Assembly (NCBI GenBank): GCA_001949185.1
Contig: BDGG01000001.1
Span: forward strand, 5,571,527-5,635,526
DNA from: Ramazzottius varieornatus
Taxonomy: Eukaryota; Animalia; Tardigrada
Reading direction: 5' to 3'
DNA: 64,000 nucleotides
Below are positions 23,730 to 36,100 of this stretch, one piece after another. Position 1 is the stretch's first letter; each line of letters opens with the position of its first letter. Made by a program: the position numbers and the translations under genes. The notes beneath the pieces are model-generated. The model saw only the letters and a list, made by a program, of their open reading frames with translations. It made no database searches and was not told the DNA's origin.

Positions 23730-26700
23730 CTACAACGAGCAATCGTGATGGATAGTTGCAGCGTGTTGGGTCGGGTTGCAGGGTTTGTACGAGGAGGAGG
23801 TGGTTCGACTGTCGTTCCAGCAGACTATAAAGTCGTCCTCGTCGGCGTCGTCGTCGTGTTGCTCGTTGAGTTTTGCAGTTGTAGCATTCCGCGACACTTG
23901 TGTAGCTAGTATTGGACGGTCATTCGCTGGAACTGCTTCGTTATCAGAACTCTCAATGACTTTGAATTCAATAGGGTGAAGTTCATCGAAATCAGGTTCT
24001 TCGGGGTCCTCGAGGTCCTCGTCGCTGCCGGTGCGTCTAACATAACGTTTCAAACGAGCTATGTTAACAACGGTGCCCGTGTTTGAACCCGGACGGTTGT
24101 AACTAATGCGGAAGTTGTTAGGACCAGTTTGTTGCAAGATGTCGTAGGGACCATCCTAATAGTGATGGAGTTTGGATCCTACTCCTCTTGACCGTGCGGG
24201 GGGCTGAAGAGTAAAACTTGATTGCCTACTTTGAACGGAGTTTCCTTACGCTTGGGATTGTTATATGCCAAGTTGTATCGGCGTGACTCTCCCAGGTTAA
24301 ACTGAGCGTAGGCTCGAATGTTTCCGAGATGCTGGTGTGTGTCAGCGAGGAAGGTTCCGCGTAGTCGATCGGAAATGCAGAATCGAAACCGAAAAGACAC
24401 TTAACCCCATACATAACTTTGTAGGGTGACACTTTGGTTGTTTCGTTAGTTGCCGCATTAATGGCGAAAACAGCGTAAGGAACGTGACTGGCCCAGTCCG
24501 ACTGGGACTTGGCGCAAAGCTTGGCGAGCTGAGAACCCAACGTGTGGTGTCGACGCTCAACCACTCCTGTGGTTGTAGGTGTCCACGCCGTGTTCTTCAG
24601 ATGCTTCATGTCAAGCATTCTGAGCAGATGTTGCGTGATCTGACCAGTAAACTTCACTCGTAAGTCCGACCGTACTACACGGACAAACCCGTAGCGAAGA
24701 GCTGCTTCCAGGAGGAACTTAGCGAAAGTGAGTTCCGTGTGGCTGGATGTTGTTTTGGCAACTAGGAAGCCGCTGGACTGGTCGATGCAAGTCAGAATAT
24801 AGGTGTGACCGTTAGATGACCTTGTGATGGGTCTGACGGTGTCGCATACCACCGAGTGCCAGACTCGAGGTACCGTGGTCATGGACAGTCTCACAGACTT
24901 GTGTCCATAGTGTTTTCGGAAGGACTAGGCGCTGAATCTCATATCCCCGTTGGTCGTTGGAGACGTTGTAGAGGATCCCGTTGTCGATGGTGAACATCTG
25001 GGCGAGACGTTGGACTCGTTCTGTTGTATCCTGTGACTCTGTCGATAGGAATTCGATAATCGGTTTACAGAAGGGGTCCGTCAACTGTTCAGACGCAATG
25101 TCCAGTGTTTGTAAGTCGAGCTGAGCGGACAGGTATAGAAGCGGGAACTCAGCAGGTTCGGTGCTATCCGGCGGAACGTCACCGATGGCATTGCGGCTGA
25201 CAGCGTCAGCATCTTTGTGCTTCGAACCCGAGCGTTGGATATAAATGAACTGAAATTCGGATAACCGGATGGACCAACTCTGAAGCTTCGCGTTTTGAGG
25301 TTATTAATGAAGGTGAGGGAGATGTGGTCGGTGTAGACCACAACTCGTCTCCCAAGAATGTACTTGCGCCACCGATCCTCGCAGTACAATTTGCCCAAGG
25401 CTTCACGTTCCGCAGTTGAAAGGTTTTGCTCAGGGCGGGAGAACTTGCGAGAGCAATACGCAACCGGGTGAAAGTACTTGTCTGTACTATTAACTTTCTG
25501 TAGAAGAACTCCTCCACAGCTGGAGTTACTCGCATCCACGTGCATGGAGTACTCTGCTGTTTTCTCGTCAAAAAACGAGAGAACAGGAGAAGAACACATC
25601 TTTCTCTTCAACTCTGTGAAGGCAGCATCCGCTTCTGGACTCCAGATTAGCTTTTGTGTCTTTTCGACCTGCATACACTTGCGTAAGCGGATTAGCGATG
25701 CGGGCGAATCCATCGATGAACATTCTGTAGAATGAGCAAAGGCCGAGAAAGGAACGGCGTTCGGTTACCGTAACTGGTTTAGGGTAGTCTCTGACAGCCT
25801 CCGTTTTGGCAGGGTCTTGGGAAATTCCCGCTTCGTTGACGATGAAGCCGAGAATCTTTGCCGATGGCATGGCAAACCGTGACTTCTTCACGTTGACTGT
25901 AAAGTTTGCTTCCCGTAGACGCTGGAACACAAGGCGTAGCTTGGCTAGGTGTTCATCGAAAGTTGTGGAGCTAATTGCCAAGTCATCGACGTAGATTGAC
26001 ACGTCGCGGTTTAGCATGTCGCCGAAGAGAGTAATCATGCTTTGTTGAAAGATGGAACTGGCGAGGTTTACTCCAAACGGTAATACTTTATACCGAAATG
26101 TTCCAGCTTCTGTGATTACGCTAAGCTTGTCGCGCGAATCTTCGTGTACTGAGATTTGGTTATATCCTTGTACAAGGTCGATGGTTGTAGAATAGCGGCC
26201 TCCACGCATGGAATCGAGGATATCCGATATGAGTGGCATACAGTATTTAGGCTCCACTACTACCGTATCAAGACGCCGGTAGTCACCGCACATTCTCCAA
26301 CTGGGGGGATCGGTGTTCTTTGGGACTAGGACTACTGGGGAGGCCCAAGGACTGCGACTAGGTTCGATGAGCCCTTGGTCGATCAGCTTCTTTATTTCTG
26401 CGCTGATTATCTCCCGCTCTTTCTGTGGCATCCGGCGCACAGGCTGCCATATTGGCTTGGCATTCCCAGTATCGATACGAAGTGGCTCGACGTTAGCTAC
26501 GCCAATAGGGTGCTCTGCTGAGGAAAAGAGGTCCATGTGTTCTCTCAAGAGCGCTTTTATGGCGAAAAGCTGGTTTGATTCAAGATGCTTCCCGAAGACC
26601 AGGTCTGAATCGACGGCATCTGTCCTCTGGTCAGGATCGTTATCCACGAAATTTCCTGCTATGCAGAGTGTCAGCAGGCTGGCTACCTCTGCCGAAGGTT

Positions 26701-26980
26701 GTTTGTCCCACTTTTCATACAAAGTGGCTTGGTCATTCATCTGGTCACTGTCTTCCGTGGCGTAGAAGCAGTATGGCTTATCGCATGTGAATATTGTGTC
26801 ACGTACATATTGTATCATCGTGCAAGACCAAAGATGTGTTTTCCCACTGGTCTCGGTTGACGAACTCTTGCTTACAGCGACACCTGAAATTAGGACCAAG
26901 GTGTTGTGCTGAAGCGTGTGGGTAGGAGAAGACGTAAATGCGGTAGGCAAGCCATGAAGCATTTGGTGTCCCGCATACAC
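23730..26980 (-). pseudogene. pol: pol: reverse transcriptase, RNase H and integrase; several frameshifts
   Basis: PSRSPWASPVVLVPK, WRMCGDYRRL, LPFG, YVDD (RT); HVDAS, AEREAL, YTDH (RNase H); HTYILTCID, VRSD, GVVER (integrase core). Confidence 0.93.
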
Positions 26981-27025
26981 AGGTGAACGGATCCTTGGTT
27001 GACTCCAAGGTAAGAAGAGCCCTGT

Positions 27026-28973
27026 TTAGCCCAGAGCGAAAGATAGGGCTAGTTGATCCGTGTGATGCTTCGTGACGTTAATGGGAGGATATGTTGGACT
27101 CCTGATACACGATACAAACGTAGCGTTGTCCTTCTCGACCATTTGTTGATTGGGTAACTGATCACTAGGGACCAAGACTGGACTATTGGTCCCGGTCAGC
27201 TTGAGAAAGTCTGGCCAAGACAAGATGAAGTCGTATTTCTGTGGCATTAGTTGTAGTACATGAGCTCTGCACCATGTAGATCTGAAGTAGGCTGTAATTT
27301 TGAGGTCGATATGGCCTTCTGTGATCATCGTGTGACCGGTTGCTCTCACAATCTTGATGTGCTCGTCACGTTGCAGGAGGGGTAGCAAGGATAGCTGCTT
27401 GATAACATCCAAGGATACGCACGTGACTGTGCTTCCAGAGTCGAGTAGGGCAAAGGCTGGCATACCTTCGATTTCTAGCTTGACGATAGCTGGTTGACCG
27501 GAATCGGTTGAAACATGGTTCGTCAGGACATCGGTAGCAGTGTTGCTGTCATCGGAGGTCATCACAAGAATAGAAAATTGTTGTGGTGGCGCGTACGTCA
27601 TGGTGTTCATCTGGTCGCGACGTGCTTGAGATCCGGTAGAGACTTTGTTGGGTCGGTCCGGACAACCGGAGGCGAAGTGTGGTCCGCCGCAGACATAACA
27701 AGACACTGCTCGGTTGGTTGGTCTAGACGTGGCAGTGAAAGTCCTTGCTGACTGACTGGTGGTATTTGTGGTACCACCCGTGATGTTATTGTTACCTGGT
27801 CGTGTCTGTACTGTTTCCGTTGTGACCACCTCTTGTTACTGTGGTCTCGGTGTCTGGTTATTGGTGTCGCCGTTACGGTTATTGTAACCACCGTTGTAAC
27901 TACTGTTGGACCTGTTGAATCCGTTGTTGTTGCGGTTGAAACCTCCACTGAAACCACCTCTGTAGTTGTTTTCGTTACCGTTACCGCGGTATCCGCCGTT
28001 GTTGGAGTGTCCACCATAGCTCCGGTTGTTGTTACCGTTCTGGTACTGGTTGTAGTCGTTGTAACCTTGGTATCCTCTGTTGGACTGGCTGCGGTATCCT
28101 CCTCGGAAACTGGGTTGTCCGTTGAAGGCACCGCGATAATTGTAGTTGCGGTTGAAACCTCCACTGAAGCCACCTTTGTAGTTGCGGTTGATGTTACCGT
28201 TGTACCACGTCCCATTGTTTTGCCGTTCGGGCGTGTAGACACGAGTCTGCACAACTTGTGCTGTTCGGTGTGGCATCGGGTCCGCTTTGTCGTTAGGCAT
28301 TTGTTGTTCCCTAAAGAGTCGAGTTTGCTGTGACGATTTCTTCTCTGCCTCGATGACTCGAGCAGTGATCTGCTTGAACTGTTTCGTTGTTGTGTGCTGG
28401 TCGGCGGTTCCACCAGGAATCCGCTGAGTCACGGAAGCGTAAGGACGCATGTTCCACCATGTCCCTCGCTGGAATACGTTGAAGCTTGCAAGCCGTCTCA
28501 AACTTCTTGATGAACATACCGATTTCTTCGTCGTCATGGCCGTGGAACAACCTCATTGGAATGTTGATTTTTGTGGCTGCTATAGCGTCGATGAGGTTAT
28601 CGGCATCGAGCTTGACTTTCTTCGGTATTTCGTTGGCGTTGTCATCGTCCTGCTGTTCGGTCTTAACTTTATCGACAGCGTCTGTCTTGGGCAAATTAAC
28701 GAACAGACCTTTCGCTTCGTCGTTTCGTTCACCTCTTTCTCCCCCTTTTTCTCCATCTTGTCGTTCGATGTCGTCACTGTTGGCGTTCTTGGCCATTCTA
28801 TTTTGTTGTTGTGCGGCTCTGGTTGCTTGAACGTGCTGGTTGTGGTGATGGTCTACCAGATCAGCGTTGATCGAAGAAATTGGTGGGTCCACGTCGGAGG
28901 CAGGTGAATTGATATGTCCTCCTAGTCGGCGGAAGGTGGACGCAACAAATGACTTTGCGTACTCAGTTGCCAA
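27026..28973 (-). pseudogene. gag: gag (capsid-like region, N/G/R/Y-rich region, CCHC knuckle) plus aspartic protease; frameshifted
   Basis: LFHGHDDEEIGMFIKKFETACKL...ADSWW (retrotransposon gag-like), CYVCGGPHFASGC knuckle, ALLDSGSTVTCVS protease motif. Split over ORFs 28311-28973, 27836-28537 and 27026-27829. Confidence 0.88.
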
Positions 28974-29281
28974 GCTGTCGGTGGTAGCGAAGAAGTAGTC
29001 GAAGTTGACGACTGTAACGTGCTATTGGCAGAGGGCGGTAGTGGCAACGTTGAGTCGTGATGATCAGATAGATTAGGAAGTTCGGTATCCGTGTTAGTAA
29101 CGTGCTTAGTTTTGACGACGGTTACTTCGAAACGTTCTTCTGTTTTTTGTGGTGACGTAGGGACTGACGAAGCGGTACGAGCTGTACCCTTTTCGGGCGA
29201 TGCTGATATTGATGCAGACTTCCTTCGCGGAATTACCATCAAAAACGGTAAGATGATAATGAAGTGCAAGGCAGACCGTTT

Positions 29282-29554
29282 TGTAAAGCCTCCCACTGGC
29301 TTAACAAGAACCCTACAAGGTCGGTCAATGAAGAAGGAATTAGGATCAAAAGAGAACTGATTGGGGAGAGTTTTCTTTATCAGTAATGCTAGGTCTCAAG
29401 AGAAGGAAAGGAAAAAAGGAGTCCCGACTGTCACTGACCAGTCGGTTTATATACTTTGACAGCGAAGCAGAAGGAAAGAGAAAGTTCTAGAAGTACGTGA
29501 ATTGTTCGTGCTGATTCAGCACGAGTGCTTCATTGCCGAGGTAAGCTCTTTACA
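29282..29554 (-). repeat. 5' LTR (273 bp)
   Basis: No differences from 16874-17146 found by eye. Confidence 0.95.
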
Positions 29555-29643
29555 GTTTTAACCAGCAAAGGGTCCTTCAGCATTAGAAAGGCCGAGCGAG
29601 TGAGGAAAAACACCAAGAAAGGACAAACTAAGATCACTCAAAG

Positions 29644-29984
29644 TAGAGCATTAGGCCGCAAGTCCAAAAGTGCACTGCTGGTGTGCGGCACACCTTACCA
29701 GGTTGCTGCGCGCTGTGCTGTAATGCATAACTTTTCCGCGTGGGAGCTGTGCCGCTGCGCTACACACCGATTGGGCGGCATAATTGTCAGCAGAAGGGGT
29801 GTTCTTTTGGAAAAACGCCAGCTTGAAGTACGGCAGAGCTCAGAATTCCGAAGTTCAAAGATCGAAACCTATGTTCTTGATTAATATTGACGCAGTCTCG
29901 TCCCCCGCTCCATGCTGTGGTATGCTGCACAGATTTAGAATTTGCAACTGCAGCGCAGCGAATGGCGCCAGATTCCGTGTTCTA
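29644..29984. mobile_element. hAT-type MITE, older copy of the 5047-5482 family
   Basis: Starts TAGAGCATTAGGCCGC and ends GCCAGATTCCGTGTTCTA. Degenerate 8-bp TSD ACTCAAAG/ACTTAGAG. Confidence 0.72.
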
Positions 29985-30053
29985 ACTTAGAGCAGTCTGC
30001 GTACTGTATCGAACAATTTCTATACGTGCACTATCAACGTAACCCCCACTTGA
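29751..30053 (+). repeat. 303-bp direct repeat, copy 1
   Basis: Reads identical to 31903-32205; the ORF track gives the same 68-aa translation in both. Confidence 0.9.
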
Positions 30054-31902
30054 ACCCATTCCCGCTTCTCTTCGCTCCTCCCCCTCTTAGCGGGGAGCGC
30101 AGGAAAGGCGAAGCGATGCCGTTGTGTCCACTATGGCCGACTCAGTGGCGATAGTGAGAAAAATTTATCTTTCACCGCGACTGATAGACCAAGCAGTGGT
30201 GCAGATACCATACCACACCGAAAAAACGACGCTATTTCGGTATGCGGAAAAGACCAAATCGAAAATAGTGGTGTTCGTTTTACACCGAGTTTTCGGTTTC
30301 GGTGTCCGAAGACACATCACACTAAACCGAAAAACTTAAGGTGCATCACTTCATAGGACGATCGTCGACTTGGGCTATTGATGGTGCGCTCTATCGGCCA
30401 AACATGCAGGAAGAACCTGCAGAACCAGTAGAATTATGCATGCTGACGTAAGGTTTAGCTTCGGCGTGAGCATTATTAGCATGCCGTTTCTGTTTTTACA
30501 TCTTTGTTACGCCGAATTTTGCTTCCTAATGGTTATCAGATTCAAATTTCGCTGTTTCGGTTTGGTACGGTGTGGTGCACCAAAAGCGTTGTGTCCGATT
30601 CATACCACCCTGACAAAAGTGGTGCGGCTTTCGCAACTAATAAGTTGGTTTCCCAGTCAAGTTCTGAAGGCGGCACTGCCGGTTGCAGAATCAGCTTAAA
30701 ATCAGCTGACGACCGCAATGCAACTTGGTCGAAGTGGGTAAAGTTTCAGCCAATCCGCATTCGCGGTGGAAATTTCCGCCTTGATTCAATGATCGTTAAA
30801 ACGTGTTGGATGAACGCACAAGACGTACTGATGGAAGCGCTTTACATCACCATGCCTCCCCGATTTGTGGACAGATCTCGCCAATTCTGCTCTCAAAACA
30901 TAGCCCAAAGCTGGTCCTAATTGTCAAAGCCAAGGATGGGAGGAAAGAACTGGCCGCGACAGGCGGTTTCCCCTAAACAACGTCTTCGGTTTGGAAAATG
31001 TACTTCCGATTACGGCATGCGCCACCAAAAGGCTGAAAACAGCTGGCAACGGAACCAGCGTAAGGGAACATTCAAGTATTGCGTATGATTCATAAAAACG
31101 GGATGGATCAAAGCCTCATCCATTAATTTACTCTGATAGGGAGGTCCATTCGGCGCATTTGATCTTGTCTTACGTAATACTTGAATGAACCCTGACTCGT
31201 CTCTTTCACATTTATCCACGTCCGGCTCTAAGAGCGAAAATTACTGTAGTGCTACCAACCCAGATAAAAAGGTCAAAATAGTAAGACACTAGAAGTGGAT
31301 TCGATACACTACCGATTATTACTGGTGTCTAACATCCATCAGCGGTGTCTTGAAAATCTGGCAGGTCTACAACTTGTGTATTCTGCTCTCAGTGTTTTAC
31401 TCGGATATTTCAGTTGTACTGCGGGAATACGGCGAGAGACTGATTCGTGTATCCTCACAGGCGCCCTAAGTATGCGTTACATAGCATTACCGGAATGTTT
31501 TATGTCTGCTAAGAGCCAATTCGAACCCCACTGCGGGTATCTTACCGTTGCACTTTATGAGTCTGACCGCGATATGATTCTGACCACGACCACAAGAATT
31601 ATTAAATTGAAAAACTGAGCCAGATAAGCGCTGTTTGAAATGTCTCCAGAAACTAAAGAATAGAGAATAAAAGAAAAGACGGTTCTGTACAAGCTCGACA
31701 CCGAAAAAGAAGAATTTAATTGTCATTGTACAAATACTTAATGGTTCCCATTTTGTAGTCTATGACAGACTCGAGGAAGCGAAAATACTTTCCACGTTGA
31801 TGGCGGCGCTTGTCTGGAACGATCTCGTCTAGGGCGATACAGAGTCTGAAATAAAAATATCACCAAACACGACCTACGCAAACTGGAAAACAGAGTGTTG
31901 GG

Positions 31903-32205
31903 GCCGCTGCGCTACACACCGATTGGGCGGCATAATTGTCAGCAGAAGGGGTGTTCTTTTGGAAAAACGCCAGCTTGAAGTACGGCAGAGCTCAGAATTC
32001 CGAAGTTCAAAGATCGAAACCTATGTTCTTGATTAATATTGACGCAGTCTCGTCCCCCGCTCCATGCTGTGGTATGCTGCACAGATTTAGAATTTGCAAC
32101 TGCAGCGCAGCGAATGGCGCCAGATTCCGTGTTCTAACTTAGAGCAGTCTGCGTACTGTATCGAACAATTTCTATACGTGCACTATCAACGTAACCCCCA
32201 CTTGA
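31903..32205 (+). repeat. 303-bp direct repeat, copy 2
   Basis: Reads identical to 29751-30053. Confidence 0.9.
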
Positions 32206-32215
32206 CACAGTTTAC

Positions 32216-32985
32216 CTGTTGAGGACAGCGGTGACACCTTCGTTCTTTTCCTCATTGAAGAAAGCAAATTTACCTTTTCCCTCAACCATCCTGGAACGAC
32301 GGATAAGATCCAGAGTGACTTCCTTCAGTTCGCCTTCCACAAATTCCGGACAATCACCTTCGATGGGTGAAGTTCGACCGTACTCCTCGTCACCGTATAC
32401 TTTTGGATTCGCGCTACAGTCGACAAAATTATCTCCGCGGTCAAAGTCGTAGAAACCGTACTGGTTTTGAGGGCCAGCTTGAGCCGTTAAATGGTCGAAG
32501 TCGCTGCAACAGGAACGATGACTGATGTTATTTGGTAAAATGAACCTTCAGGAAAGACTGCATTACCTTGCAGGACACCACTTTCTCGTGCCTTTTCGAT
32601 GGCGTCAGCAGCCTGAACATAATTGTTCACATTAAGCTACTTACAAACCAGTAATTCAAGAAGCCTTACTTGTTCTTTTGTGAGCAGAAGTTCGCCCAGT
32701 ATATTTTGGTTCTGTGCGCTCTCAAATAAAACCGTTGATGTGTCCACCTGATGAACACACGAAAGTTGTAAATCATCTCGCTAGTTAATAGTATAATAGC
32801 AAAAATCCAACTTTCGTGTCTTTGGTATACCTGCGTAAAGTCTTGAGGCTCTACATGGATGTCAACATCCATCTCTTCCTTGTCTTCTTCCTGGTAACCG
32901 TCCACGTCCATACCGTCGTCAGTGTCCCCAGTATCTTCGTCGGATTCTTCGTCAATTTCTAAAACCGGAATAAAACGATTCATTA
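32216..32985 (-). pseudogene. Spliced acidic-protein gene fragment (4 short exons), ending at the duplicated block
   Basis: Exon-like segments with GT-AG ends: MNRFIPVLEIDEESDED...FTQ|, VDTSTVLF...TKEQ|, a short third exon, DFDHLTAQ...GVTAVLN|. No downstream exon is evident. Confidence 0.4.
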
Positions 32986-34354
32986 TGATATCCGTAGACT
33001 GCCATAATTTACTGTACGTTCCAATGCGTACCCGGATCCATATACATTCCTCACAGAACGCAGTTACCGTACCTGCACCGCTCACAATGTAAAAACTGGT
33101 GAGGGGCAGTACAGTTCCCGCCGGTTTCGCAGACAGGAAGAACATTACCAGGATGCTTTCGTATGAAAAATATCTGAAATACAAACCGGTATAAACACGC
33201 GCACGAAGTCAAGAAACAGACCGTGATGCGTACTAGTCACAAAATTTGGAGCAATCAGTGCTTGACGTCACATAGCACCTCCGATATGAATTCATAATTC
33301 ACTTACGTGACATTGTGAGCAGACGAGGGGTGCAGTCTCTTCATCTATGAAACTCGACAGTCCAGCACCAGTACTCTGGCCTTCCACGTACTTCCGTAGC
33401 TTACTCCCATTAAAGTCTGTAATGTGTAATGAATTAAGAGCAACGGGGTAAAGTGACGAAAGTTGGATTTTCGGAAGGTTCGTCTGATGCAAAATACACT
33501 TTTCCAACTTTCGAATCTTTGGATAGCACTACTAGTGCACTGACGTTAGACGGTACGTACGTCGTTTCAGGCGCTTCCCGTATCGGTATAGTTGGGAGCG
33601 CGATAACTATCGATCTTCCTCCTGTGACATTGCAAATGGGAAATTCCGTCAGACAACTGAAACAGTAAACGCACAAAACTCGTACATTCGATCTTCAAAC
33701 ACCGAAACGGAAATGTCGGAAAAGATAAGCTTTAACCGGTATTGTCACTTAGTTAGGAAAACGGTTACGGAACGGACTATTCCGGACCACTAATGCCATA
33801 TATCGGATACGAAGCGATCCCGTGCGGTGCGACTACCCGTACGTACGTGTTTACCAGCGTCGAACGTCAGGTGGTAGAATTCGGAAAATCCAAGGCAATC
33901 ACTGCGGCGGCATGGTCCTTCATCATGGCTCCAACTCCGCCCCTTGCCGCGCGGGATGGACGCGTCGTCGAAATCCGAGAAAACATGTTGTGACGGACTG
34001 GTTGCGCAATCTTACGCTTCGTATCATTGTAACACTGTCGCGAACTGCAAATGCACTACGAAAGCTTCTCGCCGTTTTCTTTGTAGCTTTCTTAGCCACG
34101 TTACGACTTTCATCATGTCAACCCAAGGAGTTCGACGAAGTTCGAGGGCTTCATCTCATGCATCTCAACATTACGATAACATTCCAGAAGACGAAATTGC
34201 CACAATCAACGCCATTTCAACCGTCCATCGCAGCGCAAAACGTAAGCTCAATCTTTCTAGATACTTGCTACAAACTCTATCTTAACTATATTTGTTTATG
34301 GATGGAGAGTTTGTATGTTTAGTTGTCTCTTCTCTTAGACTTTGTATTTGTTCA

Positions 34355-36100
34355 GAACACTGTCGACCAGAAGATGCGAGCCATAAACTTTGGCCAAGTT
34401 AGAGGTGGGAACTGGGTAAAGATCAGAATGGACAAGGAAGGCCACCTGGATGAGAACGGGCTCCGGGTTGGCGACCACATCGTCGCGTACTTTGGCCCCA
34501 CGGAAAAGAGCAAGCCTGGCTACTACTCCACCATAGTCCGCCGTGTCTACGACGATAACTTGCGATGAGGCGCTGAAAGCTCTTCGTGCCTCTAAACTGA
34601 AATCAGCTGGCCCAGTGATAGAAACTGAGCGCACTAAACGTCTTCGCGGAGTAGCCCAGTCCCAAACGGACGAAGATCTGGCCGACGGTAATAAGTGATC
34701 GTACTCTTTACTTCCAGAACGCCTCTCGAACTCGATCCTCCATAGGTAGCCTCTCAGCACATTGCGAACACGACGGTAAGCATGTAGACTGTTAACGTTG
34801 GCGTACTAATTAGTTTCGGATTGCCAGTTTTACCAGGTGCTTCTCCGGAAAGAAACTTTCAGGAGTCTTTTCAACGTACGTGATTTCTCGCTCAAAACTT
34901 TTACGTCATACTACTCACAAACTGTCGAAAGTTGGAAAATCGACCGCTACTGAATACGGCGAAGCGCTAAATCCTCCTTTCGTGTCTTTGAAATGTCCAT
35001 GTTAATTTGTTTGATCGCGCATCTTTTGTTCCAACTATCGAACATTTGAGAATTTGGACCGTTCGTTTGGTTCACCCTCAATCACTGTACGCTGAACAGC
35101 CGTAGCTTCAAAGTTGCGAAAGTTGGACCCCACGCTGCTCGGTCCAGAAAACTAACAAGGAGATTTGAAAGACACGAAAGTTGGATTTATCGCTTCAGCT
35201 CGTTAACTGCAAAATTCGTTTTCCCAACTTTCGAGTCTTCTGTTCTCCCGTAGTCAACTTGAGCCGAGACAACACTCCAGATTCGGCAGTCGGCTTATCA
35301 TCAGCAACAGAGAATTCTGGCCGTGCTGCCGCTCGAGGTAAACATTGCACAAGCTGGCCAGACGAATGCAACCTAATTATTGCTGCTCTAGGCTCAGCTC
35401 CGCATTCTCCACGTACAGATCGGAGCTCAAATACACCAGCGTCAAGTGAGTAAGCCTTTGTCAACCGCCTTCGCCATTTCGATACTGAAAAATTGCCTGA
35501 CCCATATAGGTAATATTGCACCTTTGCCGAGAAACGTGTCTCAAGCTGGAACCCCTACCAGAGAGCAAGGCAGTGATTAGACTCGGAAGCTAGTCGTCTG
35601 ATAGTGTTCAGTTCAGTAGAAGCTACAAAGCATCGTCTCCTCGTTCTACTGGAAGAATCAGACCCCTGGTTCTCAACAGCGATCTGGGTACGACGTCTGG
35701 ATAAAGAAGACAGTTCTGGCAGGTCTGGTCCAACATTACGGTCCCGAAGCAGTGTGTCCAAACAACGGTTGGCCAAAGTACGCGTGGAACTCGGTGCTAC
35801 ACATGCTTGGAGGAGAAGAAAGCGTGTTTGCGACTAAATCCCTGAAGAAGAAGATCGGGGTGAACGCAGTTTTGAAGGAGCCAGCTATACTCGCGGTCAT
35901 CGGTAAGTCTACAGTGTCAAAACTGATGAAATGCTGAAAGTCTGAAATATTTTCTGTTCGTGAGTCTAACTATAACTTTGATATCCGTCCTTTTAGGTCA
36001 CGTCACCAAGATCTTCGCACTTATCGACCCTATCAACAAGGCCTTTTTCAAGCAGAAGATGAACAACAATATGGCATCGGTCAAGAGTTGCTTCGTTTAG
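34355..36100 (+). pseudogene. Degraded spliced gene with possible Tudor/PWWP-like N-terminal and BEN-like C-terminal domains
   Basis: LRVGDHIVAYFGPTEKSKPGYYSTIVRRV and WPKYAWNSVLHMLGGEESVFATKSL...PAILAVI|GHVTKIF...KQKMNN. Frameshifts are present. Confidence 0.3.

Larger units (their letters stand above)
16874..29554 (-). mobile_element. Full-length, internally decayed Ty3/Gypsy LTR retrotransposon with env-like gene and accessory ORFs (12,681 bp)
   Basis: Two 273-bp direct repeats bounded by TGTAAAG...CTTTACA, 4-bp TSD GTTT (16870-16873, 29555-29558), and gag-PR-RT-RH-IN order on the minus strand. Confidence 0.95.

Noticed and set aside
27607-28413. 268-aa Thr-rich ORF and its Val-rich antisense ORF (27833-28333)
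   Set aside because: Largely alternative-frame shadows of the AAC-rich gag region.
30190-30612. ACCGAAA-rich segment resembling a hAT MITE
   Set aside because: Termini and TSD could not be defined.
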